A stretch of DNA of 64,000 nucleotides from contig OZ024745.1 in the NCBI GenBank assembly GCA_964016885.1, positions 42,408,001 through 42,472,000 on the forward strand, in the 5' to 3' direction. The first letter of the stretch is position 1; every line of letters starts with the position of its first letter. Positions 40,221-55,802 of the stretch are shown piece by piece. The translations under genes were made by a program, and so were the position numbers. The notes beneath the pieces are model-generated. The model searched no databases. It was not told the DNA's origin and was given only the letters and a program-made list of their open reading frames with translations. The stretch comes from Eledone cirrhosa. Its lineage: Eukaryota.

Positions 40221-40249
<29 letters not shown>

Positions 40250-40252
<3 letters not shown>

Positions 40253-40443
40253 AACAAACCGAGCATTATAATAAATGTTTGGTAAACCCACACGTACATA
40301 TATATATATATGTGCATGTATGTGTATATATACATACTACTTACTGTACGTCTGTATACATATATGTATGTACGTATACATACTTACATTTAAGTATCAG
40401 CCGTACTAAGAGTGAGAAATGAAATTTCGTTTCATTCTTTTCC
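40250..40443 (+). mobile_element. 3' fragment of the 433-bp hammerhead unit family seen at 62495-63373
   Basis: Seen: ACCGAGCATTATAATAAATG...AGCCGTACTAAGAGTGAGAAATGAAATTTCGTTTCATT, matching 63250-63373 and the reverse of 62500-62690. Flanked by (TA)n. Confidence 0.85.
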
Positions 40444-40466
40444 ATATATATATATATATATACAAC

Positions 40467-40760
40467 TGTAAGTCCAAAGAACCATTAGATAAAATTTATA
40501 CAGTATTTCCTCTCCCAATCAGTATAAATTAACCACATAAAAAATCATTTAAACGAGGCTATAAGTTTAAATGATTTTTTATGTGGTTAATTTATACTGA
40601 TTGGGAGAGGAAATACTGTATATATTTTATCTAATGGTTCTTTGGACTTACAATTTTATATATAGCTCTGATTAATAATTATTTGCTTAATTAATTCATC
40701 ATTGAGCCACACAGTGAAAGGTTTCCAAACTCATATATGTATCTGTCACTATATCTAATT
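40467..40760. mobile_element. Palindromic copy (88-bp arms, 10-bp spacer) of the 23057 family, extended on the plus strand
   Basis: Seen: 40467-40554 mirrors 40565-40652. 40565-40760 aligns by eye to 23695-23790 and 23057-23205. Confidence 0.8.
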
Positions 40761-40795
40761 ATATATATATACCCATTGAATTTATATATATATAT

Positions 40796-41050
40796 ATATT
40801 GGTAAAAGGAAAGGAAAATGCTGACAAATTGTTCCCAATGAAAAATAGTTTAATTAGGAATAAGTAAAAATTAGTAATAAATATTGATTAGTATTCAGTT
40901 TTGAAAAGCATTAGAAATGCGCAACCGGTAAAAACTTAAAACAAAAACTGAATACTAACCAATACTTATTACTAATTTTTACTTATTCCTAATTAAACTA
41001 TTTTTCACTGGGGACAATTTGTCAGCATTTTCTTTTCCTTTTACCAATAT
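40796..41050. mobile_element. Inverted-repeat element (about 107-bp arms) with a decayed minimal hammerhead in the spacer
   Basis: Seen: 40796-40902 mirrors 40944-41050. 40897-40936 reads AGTT-TTGAAAA-GCATTagaAATGC-GCAA-CCGG-TA-AAAACT. Confidence 0.7.
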
Positions 41051-41786
41051 ATCACAACTCGTGTGTTACACCTCTATTCTTTTATATATGTATATATTTA
41101 TATATATTTATATATATATATATATTTATATATATTTATATATATTTGACTCCTTGGGAGGTGGACTGGTTCTTTCGGTGTATATCCACAGATGTAGGGT
41201 ACATAAGCCTCTGATTTCAACATACTTCAGAAGTGGAGAGCTAGTTGAACCGTTTAGGCACAGGTGTCGGCCTATTCAATGCAGCCATTCACTACTGGTG
41301 TCTATCAGCAGCTTACCAATGAGTGCCCGGATCTCTACTCACCCGAGTGAGTGGTTTTCACGGACCCAATTCCTACTACCATGAGCTGGTGGCAGTGGCC
41401 AGGAGACGTGACATGATTGTTGTCTCATACACAAGAAGAAGAGTCCCTCGGTACCTTATATTATTGTCGTTGTTTATATGATAAACATATTTTTTATGAG
41501 TAGCTAAAAAGTTCAAGATATTTTTTTTTTTGTTCGAATAAAGATTTCATTTTTTATTTTTTTATTTACAGGGAAGTACGTATATCAGTAATACATACGC
41601 ACACATACACCACATGTACACAAACTCACACGCATACATGTGCCTGTGTGAGTGTGTATGTGTTTGTGTAAACCTATAAACACATTTACGCAGTCTTGAT
41701 TAATTGTATATTTTATATATTCGGATATAAATTTATCGCATACTTCGGATGCTTAGACCATAATCTAATGCACACACACACACATA

Positions 41787-41856
<70 letters not shown>

Positions 41857-42346
41857 ATTACTGATATAGAAAAACTTCAAGGAAAATGAAGTTTGAGTAG
41901 ACAATACTTAAAATAATGTTGAATACAACTCAGATATTTAACCCAAGTTGTCAGTATAAAGATAAAAGTTACAAATTGACAGCAGTTTAGATTTTTTAAA
42001 ATAAATCCTCCACAGTTTGTTTCACACCACCGCTGTTATGGCAAACTAAAATATCTAATAGACATAGAGAATTAGGATTAGTTCACACAATGTTGAGCCT
42101 GTTTGTATATTGATGCTAACACGATAAACAAAAGTTACTAATATTCCAATCATGCATGACTTAGTTTAAAATATTTAATATACTGAAGTTATTTTTTTAC
42201 TTTCCACATTCCGTCTGTGTACTACTAATTTCTAAATGATTGCTAATATAACAGTAGTCACAAGTTGTAATCATAGACACCAGAATCAATAGATTGTCGT
42301 TTTTCCCGTCACGCTATTTTGAATGACATTATTAAAAGGAGCCTTA

Positions 42347-42800
42347 GGGCGGTGGATTGGTAGTATAGGTAGAGCGTCGGACAACATGCTTTGTGGCATA
42401 TAGTTACGGCTCTTTACATTCTGTGTTCAAATCCAGCCGAGGATAGCTTTGCCTTTCATTCTTTCGGGGTCGATAAAATAAAGCACCAGTAATGCACTGG
42501 GGTCGGTTCAATCGACTTTCTCAATTTAACCGTTCTTGTATTCTAAGGATTCTCTAAGTTGGTCTTATACCGGGGCTGTTGAGCAGCGGTCTGGTCCTAA
42601 TTAATTGATTCTACAGTCGCGTGAGTATCAGTAGAGGGTCGGACGCCATGCTTTGACGCAAAGAGTTACGTCCCTTTACGATCTGAGTTCAAATCCCGCT
42701 GAGGTTAACTTTGCCTTTCATCCTTACGGAGGTCGATAAAATAAAGTACCAGTAATGTACCAGTAATTGCTGGCCTTGTGCCAAAAGTAGAAACAATTAT
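42347..42800 (+). mobile_element. Two SINE copies
   Basis: Seen: family motifs at 42347-42520 and 42625-42800. Confidence 0.85.
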
Positions 42801-42840
42801 AATAATTGACCACTTTAATCCCTAATGGCTCAAGATATTT

Positions 42841-43039
42841 TCAGGTCGGCTAAAAAATTCATAGGCTGACTATGAAGGAGTGATACTAGAGCTGTAAAAT
42901 CGTGCATGGATTAATTTCAACCCCATCTTATTAATAACTACATTCTCCCTTTCCAGGGCTATGTTGAAAAATAAACCTCATTTAGTCATTCAGTGAGAGT
43001 ATTTTGTGCAGCCTATGAACTTTTGGACAGACCCTTGTA
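42841..43039. mobile_element. Mariner-type MITE, decayed
   Basis: Seen: imperfect TIRs ...AAAAAATTCATAGGCTG / CAGCCTATGAACTTTTGGACAGACCCTTGTA. Confidence 0.5.
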
Positions 43040-43375
43040 ATCCCCAAAAGCGATACAGACGGGAATTCGGGCAATTCGGTAGTAGTATTACACTATCTAG
43101 TCGAATAGCAAGCTCTGCACAAGCCAGAGGAAGAACCAACAGCCAAAATTGATAGCACTGACGACAGTCGCGTAACTTGAAGAAACAATTTGAGGTTACA
43201 ATCCCAATAGTATAAATATACTGGAGCAAGATTAAACGTCACAAACTTATTAATATGATATGAATATTAAATGTTTTTCATTTACTGAAATGTTTGTTAA
43301 TCATGTTGTATAATTTTATTAATTTTACTTCAATCTCTCTACCTCTCAATCACCCTATCAGTATGTATGCATGAC

Positions 43376-43630
<255 letters not shown>

Positions 43631-43656
43631 ACATAGATAGATAGGTAGATAGATAG

Positions 43657-43800
<144 letters not shown>

Positions 43801-43879
43801 GTGTGTGTGAAGAAATAGATTGAATCGAGAGACAAATAGTAAAATGAGAACGAGTGAAATAGCCTCAATGATCACAGTC

Positions 43880-44860
43880 GTCTGCATTAAAAAAGATCAC
43901 GTACCAGTAAAATATGTTTTTGATACACCAAGGCATCGTCAGATGTTAAAGAGCCTTCCAGTTGTTCGATAACCTATCTATATGCCAACATCGGTTTTGG
44001 TGAATAATTTTAACAAAACTACTGCAAAGATGGCAAACAAAATTGGAGCGAGCCGGTCACCCAGTTTCCCGCTGTACCAACTTAGAAAGGTTCTATAAGC
44101 TCACCGTCGACGCAAACCCACGCTCTCATGTCATCATGCGATGAACATATAGGCCCCGTAAACTTCTCAGGGCAACCCAACTTCAAGAGTATACTCCAAA
44201 GGACTTGCCTATTGACTGTGTCAAAGCTCTTCGTGAGATCAATAAAACGACTGTACAAATTAAGCTGTTACTCCTTACTCTTCTCCTGCATCTGCCGCGC
44301 AGTGAAGATCGTATCTGCAGTGCCTCGTTATGAACTAAAACCACACTGAGATTCCGGCAGAATGTTATGTGCAATGTACATCAGCAGACGATTAGGAAGA
44401 ATCCTGGCAAAGATTTTAGATTTTAACAACCATTAGTAAAGAGATCCCACTAGCTTTCTTTATGTCCTGTTTTGAAAAGAAAGAAATAGAACGGCATCGT
44501 TCCAGTCTTTTGGGACTACATCTGGTGTGATATATGTTATGCAACAGATCGTCTGCTTTAGGAGCACCTTGTTGCATTATTTCAGTGAGATAAATGAACA
44601 CGTTTCCCAGGTGTTTTGCCAGTGTTCATTTGTCTCACTTTAGTCTTACCTTCTTTCAATGTGGGAGGATCATCAAGTTCGTTAATGGCGGGAGCCTACT
44701 CCATGACCTCAATCATGTCAGGATTAACGAAAGATGCGTGGCTTATAATGTCGTTAAAGAGGTCACACCACCTTGCCTTGATTTAAGCAACACTCCGTTA
44801 AAATTATTTGACCGGAGTGGTATAATGATTTAGCATCTCGTCTTTCTGCCGAGCTTCTTT
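43880..44860 (-). pseudogene. RTE (BovB-like) LINE reverse transcriptase fragment
   Basis: Seen on minus strand: DTIFTARQMQEKSKE*QLNLYSRFIDLTKSFDTVNRQVLWSILLKLGCPEKF...HDDM...LAPILFAIF. Confidence 0.85.
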
Positions 44861-45649
44861 TAGATAGCTTTTGTCTCTTATGAGCTCCTCTGCCCTTTGA
44901 CGGGTTTTGGTTTTTCTCCCGCGGAATGCCCAAACAATCACTTGACTCACCAGACTAGTTTGATGGGGTTGTGAATTTAGTCGCTGATGACTCTGGAACA
45001 AGGATGCAGAAGAAATAAGAGAAAAATGATGGAGGCGACACAAAAATATCAAATGATGTATGTCGAGGTAGAAATAAAAATGTTTGATTCTTCAATACAG
45101 GCTTCTATAATTTCTATTTATCTTATATTCATTAATTAATATCTATACATCCCTACATATTTCCAAAATAAATTAGCACAAAAACATTAGGCGCGTGTGT
45201 GTGCGCGCGCGCGTATAATGTTTCCGGGATCGATAAAACAAAGTACCAGTCAAGTACTGGGGTAAAATTAATCGATTAAACTTACCTACTAAAAATAATT
45301 TCTGGCCTTGCGCTGTCCTTTGTCTCTGTAATAAATCATTATACGCTTTGCGTATTCTTTCTTTATTTATGTATGAATACTGATGTCTTTCTATACACTT
45401 TTGTGACCTGTCTACTGGTCTCTGGCGCGTAATCAAATTATTTATGTATATAGATATATATGTGGGGGGGGGCGTGCCTGCGCGTGTCTGTGACCCCAGC
45501 ATCGACACACAAGCTATGTGGAACAAATAATACCACACTGTACAAATGTGAATAAAATTGCTAAAATTGGTATATTTGTGGTTACTATTAGCATAGATAG
45601 TGTGTACACACACACATATATGTATATATAGACACTTACATACATATAT

Positions 45650-45737
<88 letters not shown>

Positions 45738-45791
45738 ATATATACATAAATATATATATATATATATATACATGTATATATATATATATAA

Positions 45792-45903
<112 letters not shown>

Positions 45904-45936
45904 ATATATATATATGTATATATATATACATGTATA

Positions 45937-46088
<152 letters not shown>

Positions 46089-46339
46089 CCTTATTTGATA
46101 TAATAGAATTTATGTATTTTTGTGACCAAGGCCAAAGCCGATATTCTTCTTGCGGTGGAAATATAAAGAGATACATCTACGGTGTGTTTACTTGTGTTAA
46201 CTTAATCCTATTTTATGTACCGTTGGATGGAACTCCGTCTGTTTCGACGATGAGTATTCCAGTTGTTCGACCAATGGATAAGTATTTCACAGACACGTGT
46301 TCCCTTCACATAATTCTCTGGCAGATTCATCGTGTTTCA

Positions 46340-46995
46340 GTGTATGACATGGCTGGGTGTTTGAATCTCGCGTGCAGTCATATCGGCACCCACTCGTCCA
46401 GTTTCCGAGCATTGCAGACTTGTAGAGTTTTATCGATTAGCTATTGTTGCGGGTAGGACGGATCCGACTCCATCGCGAAGATCACCTCACCACCTTGTTT
46501 GGCCGGAAAGTGCAGGCAGTTTTACTGTTTGGTGGCTATGGCGACAGTGTTTGTGTAGTGGACCCGACTGAAAGGACTGGTGATTAATACCTTCCTGTTC
46601 AGCAAGCCCCCGTCGACTTTTTCTTCTACTTGGAAGGGAAGGTGATTGTAGGGAGGGAAATTCAGCCCCTCAGTATATTTGTTAAAAGAGGAGTGAGTGT
46701 AGCAAGGCTGGCCCGAATGAATGGGCCTACTCTGAGCTTGTAACTATAGGCTGGAGAGTTCAGAGGGACATTAGGCACTTTCCTATGGTATTCATAGCAA
46801 TCAGGCTGGATTTGGATTTGTGATGCTACTAAATTACCTCCAGGTACTGCTTCCCACTATTGGAGAATTCTGTTGTTATTTATTTATTCTTAATTGTTAC
46901 CCGTTTTCCTGTTTTGTTTACATGTTTTATGTAAATCCCCAGTCCCTGTTCTTTTGTATTGTGATTCGGCCTATGTGGCTAATGAAGAAATAACA
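46340..46995 (+). pseudogene. Tx1/L1-clade LINE 3' end with (ATT)n tail
   Basis: Seen: [18 protein letters not shown]...FYCLVAMATVFV*WTRLKGL, homologous to 33120-33480. Confidence 0.7.
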
Positions 46996-47051
<56 letters not shown>

Positions 47052-47559
47052 CATCATCATCATTGTCGTCAGCATCATCGTCGCCTCCCTCATCGTGATC
47101 GTCATCTTTAATAATCACCAGTTCACGTGTGCGATGGTTACGCAAAACGTGACTGACGCCGTCTCTTTATCCGTTAGCACAGTCGCACCAATAGTTCCAC
47201 CGTACTGTAACCGTCGGTCTAGGCCGTAAAATGTAAAATGATTAGCGCCGCAAACAAAGCCGTGTTTCCGTAAGACAAAGGCTGGCGAGTCAGTTTCCAG
47301 CTAATTTGTAAACCAACTGAGTCTCATAAAACCTTCTTGGTCGTGAAGCACTAATGGTTTATTTTATTTACTGTTTCACATTCAGAAAATGTGACGGTTT
47401 GTTGTTCAGTTTGGCGTCATTGTTATTATAGTCGTTGCCCACAGCATAGCTCAGGTATAATATTTAAAATTCATGTTAGGGAGTATACCCTCATATTTGA
47501 GCTATTGCTATTCATGTCATTATTTCACCCTTCTTATTCTTCTTACTATACTTCAACTC

Positions 47560-48380
47560 TTTACATCCTGAATTTAAATCCCACTGATGTCAATTTTGCT
47601 TGTCATCCTTGTGAGTTAGAGGAAATAAAATGCCAGTCAAGTTTTTAATCGACTTTTCCTTCGTCTCTCCAAATTAATGGTTTTCTGCACAAATTAGTAA
47701 CAACGTTACATCCCTTTTCGTTCTGAGTTCAATTCCAACCGAGAGTGGCTTTGCCTTTCATCCTTACGGAGTCAATAAAATAATGTATTAGTAACACACT
47801 GGTGTTGATTTAATCAACAATTTCCTCCCCCACGTTTGAGCGCCTGGAAAATGCTTATCAGTATTTGTTCTGGTTCTTTTCGTTCTGAGTTCAAATCCCG
47901 CCGAGGTTAGTTTACCTTTCATCTTTACGGGGTGGATAAAATACTGAGTTCGGTTTAATCGACTTTCTTTTCCCAAAAAATGTGTTTGTCTTGTGCCTAA
48001 ATCAGAAACCATTATTATAGGGTCGGATGCCATGCTTTGCAGAAAAGAGTTACGGCCCTTTATGGTCTGAGTTCAAATCCTGCCGAGGTTAACTTTGCTT
48101 TTCATCCTTACGTGGTTGATAAAATAAAGTACCAGTAATGCACTGGGGTAATTGCTAGCCTTGTGCCAAAAGTAGAAACAGTTATTATATTGTGGATTGG
48201 CAGTATCGGGAGAGAGTCGGTCGCCATGCTTTGCAGCACAGTTACGTCCCTTTACGGACTGAGTTCAAATCCCGCCGAGGTTAACTTTACCTTTCATCCT
48301 TACGGGGGATCGATAAAATAAAGTACCAGTAATGTACTTGGTAATTGCTGGCCTTGTGCCAAAAGTAAAAACAATTATTA
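47560..48380 (+). mobile_element. Cluster of five head-to-tail SINE copies of differing divergence
   Basis: Seen: B box and central domain at about 47570, 47725, 47885, 48065 and 48260. Confidence 0.85.
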
Positions 48381-48842
48381 TACTAATAGTAGTATAATGG
48401 TTTCTAATTCAGTGTAGAGAAGGCAGTTTCCCATAAATAAGTAAGTTAAAGTTAATTTTATTTTTGTTTTGATAATTTTAAGACAGTTTAATATACGTAT
48501 ATAGAAATTTAATTAGTTGGGTCAAAGAGTTCCTTATCTAAATTTAATCTCATCACCTTTTCTCATCCTTGAAATATAAGGTCATGGTAGACATAACCAT
48601 AGCAAATCTGATAGATAATACAAATTGATGGGCCAAATTTCTAGTCAGGTCGAGCGGGGAAGCTATTTCTGTTTAGGTTTCATGTGGAGATATTCTCCGA
48701 GAAACTTTTCAGAGTAGGAAAATGCACATGAGATCCAAGTAAGTTTCCAGAATAAGAAAATACACGGGTTCTTTATAAACATAGACAACGCTAAAAAAAT
48801 CCTAATTAACTGCTGATTTTTTTTAACATTGATTTTTTGTTG

Positions 48843-48882
<40 letters not shown>

Positions 48883-48883
48883 A

Positions 48884-48921
<38 letters not shown>

Positions 48922-49361
48922 ATACGTACATGCACAGAGGAAGGGAGGAAGGAAGGATGGAAAGATATGCATAAATGCATGTACAAATGCATAAGCAATC
49001 AGTTAAAAAAAACAGATAGACAGACAGATAGCTATTACTATATCAAAATCATAGAAGACTGTACTGTATCAATGCTGTTTAAATAAGATAGGAGTATGCG
49101 ACAGATAATAGACACAAAAAAATGAAGAAACAAACCAAAAATGCCAGAAAGAGCAATGACAATTAAGATATATGCTGATATTAATATTCTACGACACGTT
49201 AGTTGAAGGGACTGATTGAAGAATTGTTATCTAGTAGACAAATAAATAGTTCTAGATATGCATACTGTCTGTTCAACAGTCGCCATATCATAGATCATAT
49301 TTATTGTTCCTCCACCATTTTACTTTGTACTACCACATTCGGTCATTTTATCCCCCGCCCC

Positions 49362-49531
<170 letters not shown>

Positions 49532-49699
49532 CATATTATGTGTTCCAGCCGACAGGCTGAAGCGATACATTTATATTTATATATATATATATGTAGATTC
49601 ATTAGTATGCATACATACTTACATACAAACATAGATAGATAGATAGATAAATAGATAAATAGATAGATAGATACATACATACATACATACATACATACA

Positions 49700-49766
<67 letters not shown>

Positions 49767-50282
49767 AGAGAGTGAGAGAGAATAAAAGGGCGACAGCTAC
49801 CGTTTATTCTGTGTTATATCTATTTATTTTCACTCTCTTCTCCCCAGGTCATTTATGATATCTTCTAAATAAATTCTGTTTTTCTGTATCCGTTGTTATT
49901 TCAGGCAGAGTATCTTATTTTTAATATTGTTGCTTGTGTCGCACACCTACTCTTATTTTTTTGTTGACTACAGAGAGAGATGACTATTTTGTTTTTGCTC
50001 ATCGATAATATTCCTTACGCTTAGTGGCTCCAGAGGGACGAGATCACATTGGTAAAACACACATACATACACACACACAAGTACACACATACACACATGC
50101 GCACACACAGACACACAGAGAGACACACACACTCACACACACACACACACATACGCACACACGCACACACATACACACACATACATACCTATATATATAT
50201 ATATTGTATTGCATTATATATATTGTATTATATATATATTGTATTGCATTATTTTTCAATGCTGTTTCCCCTTGTTGACTTT

Positions 50283-50344
<62 letters not shown>

Positions 50345-50354
50345 GTGTGTGTGA

Positions 50355-50400
<46 letters not shown>

Positions 50401-50670
50401 CTATGTGTAAGTAATGTGTAGACATATTTTGTTGTATATTCTACGAGTGTTCAATATTGTTATTTTTTCTACTTCATTTTTCATTTTAATAATGTTTTCT
50501 TCTGTGTTGACCTAAGGTTTGAACTCCAGCCGAGAATAAAATTATTCAGTTATAATTCTTCTAACATGTAATAATATTTTTTGTTCTTATATTACATTTA
50601 TATTCGTTCCAAGACAGATACTTATATACATAAATATGTATATATGTATATAAGTTTATATATATATATG

Positions 50671-50737
<67 letters not shown>

Positions 50738-50742
<5 letters not shown>

Positions 50743-51270
50743 AGCACCCGACGTTGCTCGGGAAAGAGATGACTCAGCCAGTGGACAATTTCATGGAAAA
50801 TAATGATTACTGCTCTACATATTTGAATATTTTTTTGTGTGTGTATGTGTGTTTGTGTCTGTATCTGTGTCTGTGTACATCTGTATCTCTATCTGTATGT
50901 GTCTATGTCTATGTTTGTGTCTCTCTCCTTCCCTGGAAGAAATCGGCTGTGTTCAAACCTTGAAAAGTGATGGGCTCCGCCAGGTTTTAAAAAGGGCCCA
51001 TGAAAGGCTGTATGTCAGTACGGTGCCCCTACGACTCCACCAGAAATTACGGATTAAGAAAAAAGTGTTATCTAGAACTAGATCATTCGGTGCGACCTTA
51101 CTGTTTTCATATGGTTGGGGAGATTTGTCCGCAATTTCTATCAATTCGAACATGCTAGCTTGTTAAATTTCATGAAGAACAATTAAGTTTGTTTATGTTT
51201 TGCCTTCTCTGAATGGAGTTCGTAACTTGTCTTCCATCTAATCCCCACCCTTGGTGTTTGACTATTTTAT
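50738..51270 (-). mobile_element. Helitron-like element related to 20478
   Basis: Seen: CCCGACGTTGCTCGGGAAAGAGATGACTCAG, shared with 20491-20521. Right boundary uncertain. Confidence 0.45.
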
Positions 51271-51410
51271 TAGCATAGTTATGGCCCTTTGCGTTCTGAG
51301 TTCAATTCCGCCGAGGTTAGAGGTTAACTTTGTCTTTCATCCTTACGAGGTCGATGAAATAAAGTACCAGTGATGCACTGGGGTAATCGCTGGCCTCGTG
51401 CCAAAAGTAT
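51270..51410 (+). mobile_element. SINE copy
   Basis: Seen: family motifs GAGTTCAATTCC...GTCGATGAAATAAAGTACCAGT. Confidence 0.8.
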
Positions 51411-51704
51411 ATTTTATTACACTCTCTTTAAGAAAGTCATAACTGCCACATGATATACTATTCGTTTATGTAAAGTACTCGCTACACATTGTAATTATGT
51501 GAGATGAAACTAGTGTGATTAGTTGTTCTTATTATTGTTAGCTCCAAATCAGTTCTGATCAAGTAAGCCGATCGTCGAAGGTAATCAAATCATTACTATG
51601 CAGGTTTATTTTGTTTTCTAGACACGCCATTCCTTTTTCTAGAAGATAGTATGTGACATGAGAAAAATTTGCCTGGTATTATTACCTAGTTGAGATATAA
51701 CCCA

Positions 51705-51850
51705 GAGGAGCACCACGCTACTCACCACCATCGGCGCAGAGTTGGCTAACCGCAGGTGTGAACCTCACAAGTTGGAATGGCTCTTCCAGAAGTCTCCCTG
51801 ACCATCATCCGGGGAAACGCCTTCTCTATTCTGTCCACCGAGGCCGCGAG
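51705..51850 (+). pseudogene. Short 3' fragment of the CRE-like element family at 38110-38765
   Basis: Seen: CTACTCACCACCATCGGCGCAGAGTTGGCTAACCGCAGGTGTGAACC...GGGGAAACGCCTTCTCTATT, matching the reverse of 38175-38290. Confidence 0.85.
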
Positions 51851-52558
51851 GCGGACAGCGCGCGGGCCCACATTTGCTCATAATAGAGTGAGAGCTGGAG
51901 AGAAGGAGGCAGTGACAGTAGAAGTTTGGTTCCATTGTGTTCAGACCTGGTGTATATGTATATATTTATTTACCACACCACATATACATGCATATGCATT
52001 AATACATACAGTCATTTGAAAGTACCCAGAAGAGGTCAACGCGGATTAAGCATACTCGTGTTGAAAATTATTCCAGCTACTAACATCATATTTTCATATT
52101 TTCCGGACTCGTCATTTCTTTGTTTTTTTAAACGCTGGGAGATTTTGCTTCAATTTTACCAGGTTGAGCCGCGATACACTAAGCCTTATAGTTGGTTCAG
52201 ATATTGACTGAATTATAATATTTGTAAACTTGAGTATATAAATTTATTGTGAAAATTGTAAAACTTAATGAGAGAGGTCGTTGTAATTGGTAGTCATTTA
52301 GGGAAATTCTAGGGATAGAGAGAAGTACTTACAACATTCAGAGCAAGACACATAAGAGATGAGTAGGTTATATTGTATGAATATTAACAACTAATTGGGA
52401 TAGCAGCTAGTTATTGCCTGTGTTATCGTTTGCAAAACATTTGTAGAGAAATTCACTGCGAGATAGGGATGGGAGATGTTACAGAGGACAGATATTAAAT
52501 GCCTGTGTATGTGTGTGCATCGACATAGAAGGACGAGCAGAGAAAGGCAGATAAACAA

Positions 52559-52654
<96 letters not shown>

Positions 52655-53055
52655 AAGAAACATGGAGTAAGGGTACAGTCAGTATAGAAACAAGTAGTTA
52701 AGTGATAATTATATATCAAGTGACAGGTGTCTTCTCTAATATGCAAGAATCACACTGCAATCTGTAGAATTCAGCACCTGACTAAATAGTTTCAATAATT
52801 CTGCAATGTGTTGTTGTAAATTGGCAGAATCGGTAGAGAATCGGTATTTGTTCAGACTCTATATATTATCACTTCAAATTCCACCGAGGTCAATTTTGTG
52901 TATCAGTCTTTCCTGAGTCGATAAGATAAAGTATTAGTCAGGTATTGGTTTGATGTAATCAACGCCCTCCCTACACACGCACACACCTTAGATTGTTGGA
53001 TTATTACCCAAATTTGAAATCAATATAATTGCTGTTATTTATAATGTGTTTATAC

Positions 53056-53110
<55 letters not shown>

Positions 53111-55174
53111 GATGATGATGATGATAGTGATGTTATTGTTGTTGTTGCCAATGAAATGACACGGCGCTCTAATGGCTTGGTGTTACGTTGTTTCATAGTT
53201 GTCATTTGACGTATTAGTTTCAATCTCAAGGGCCTACTGGATTATGATCACGTTTACTTTTATGTGCACCCTTCTCTACTTTGTACATAAATAACCACAT
53301 ACATATAAACATATAAACATATAAACATATATACATATAAACATATAAACATATAAACATATATACATATAAACATATAACATATATACATATAAACATA
53401 TAAACATATAAACAAATATACATACGCACACGCATACATACGCACACACACATACATACGCACACGCATACATACGCACACGCATACATACGCACACACA
53501 CACACGCAAACACCCTAGAGTATTCATGTGTGTGCGTGCGTGTTTCTGTGTGTATGTGTTACATTAACATTCCCCGACAATGTCAAGTGAAGACATATAT
53601 TTCTTCTTTATGTTTTTTCTCCTATAATATATATATGTCCTAATGTAAGTGTCATTCAATTGCCAATTCAAACGCGACACCAGTAAAACCCATATTCTTA
53701 AAATCGTAATGGATATTTGGGGAAATCATTCAGAAGTGTTTGTGCGTTTTTTAAGAATAATTTATAAGTGTTTTATTCCATATGTACACCGAGCATTTTT
53801 CTTAGCGATTAGGGTACTTCATTGATATTTTTTTTTAATCTAGTGGCTATGTATATTCTCACGCGTTTTCCATTCTCTTACTCTGAACACAGCATACAGT
53901 TTGAAGAAATAGGACAAAGACGAGGTCCTTTCTTAAACCTTCTTGTCTGAACTGATTTAGTTTCCTTTCTAGATTACAAAATTATACAGAGAAACAGTAA
54001 TCAATAAAACGTTCTGGAAGAGGTTCTGAAATTATCCTTAGATAAAAGTATACGTATTTACATAAATATGCATATATACATGTGTGTCTGTATATGTATG
54101 TGTGTCTGTGTGTGTGCATATATGCTTGTACGTACGTGTGTATGTATGTATGTATTTAGGTATGTATGGTTAAGAGACGAAGGAAAAACCCCCTTCAGTG
54201 GTGACTTCTCATGAGTTTGTTTCTTCGAGAAACAAGTTTGAACAGTGTGTTTATGGAATACTAGCAGTTACCCATGCATGTACGTCTCCCCACTCTACGA
54301 CGTGGTGTTGTGTAAAGGCCAATACAGCTTGGTACCTGTTTAGTCACAACTCATCTTTTTCCAGCAGAGTGGACTGGAGCAACGTGAATTAAAGGGTTTA
54401 ACTCAAGGACACAATGCGCCGCTCCGTCCAGAAATCGAACTAACATCTAATCTACCTATCTACACGGGTTAAGAGAAGGCTAAGATTATAAAGTACAAGT
54501 TATACATAGCTTTGCTTAGTCCAATAGTTTATTTTTATCTAGTACATTTATCTGCTGGACTTTCCAATGCAACATTAAAACTTGTTAACACTGGATTAAA
54601 CAAGAATATTTTTGTGTGAAAGATGTTGCATATACTGAATCATTTTTTGCCATAAACTATGAAAGCTATAAATAGCAACTAGTCTATTTCGTTTCTTTTC
54701 TGCATTAATAAACGAAGACGATACTCATCCCCTCCGCTATAGTTGCTACAGAATTTTGAGAACAGTACAGAATGATATATTTCTTATAGTGTCCTCATTT
54801 TCCCAATAATTATCAACTAACACATATAGTTGATTCATGAATGTCCTGGTAATACAAATACATTCAATTGAAACATGACTTATAATTTTATTTCTGACAT
54901 CTGTCGAAGTTAGTCTTGCTACAGACAAGCTCCCCTAAACTTACTATTAAAATGTTTTATAGATGTTTTGATACAGAAATTATAAATTCGGATTTAAATC
55001 CAATATGATACCCATTTATTTTATCATGTATTAAAGCAGGTTTTATACGTAGCGATTTGTAGATTATAGGATTGATCCTAATATGCAACTTCTAATTATT
55101 TTATCCATCTCGACACAATTTCAGCACAAAAGGTGGGAGTACACAGACACACACAATACATATATACATACATT

Positions 55175-55236
<62 letters not shown>

Positions 55237-55802
55237 TTAATTAAATTTCGGTCAGTAGTGGCCAAAACTGTGTCTAACATATTAGCTCTAGCTAGTTGAT
55301 TATCTCTTAAAGCTGGAACAAATTGGAGTATTAGCTTATTCCCTCTTAATTTCTTTTCCCTTTTATCATTATTTTTACTTTTGTCATTCAGAAATAAAGT
55401 TTACTTAATGGAGAAATAAAAGGGATCAAAAATACATATATCATCTGTATGTACGTCAGTAATATCCTATCTGTGTTGGATTATAGAATTACATGACCCA
55501 TTCACGAAAATTTCATTTTGTAAAAAGTGGAATCATATTTTTTCATAAATTAATCCCATAGAATTTTTTTCATTACAAATGAATCGAAGAAAAAAAATTG
55601 AGCGTTTTTATTCTTTTAATGTTTCGAGTAACAAATTCCTTTTCTTGAAATATTCTTATCATTACGTCTTGCTAAGATAAAATAATGTAGCTAAATACAG
55701 CTATACGTGTGTATAAGCATTAAGTATTGTTTTAGTATAATTGTTACTCTTGCTTTTTCCTAATCAGGTTTGTCATTCAAATGCGTGATACTCATTCACA
55801 TG

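Noticed and set aside
43152-43190. CTGACGA-cAGT...ACTt-GAAG on the plus strand
   Set aside because: No stem III or stem I complement.
47120-47400. CpG-rich unique stretch as an exon or regulatory element
   Set aside because: No recognisable ORF, splice pair or motif, so it cannot be supported without comparative data.
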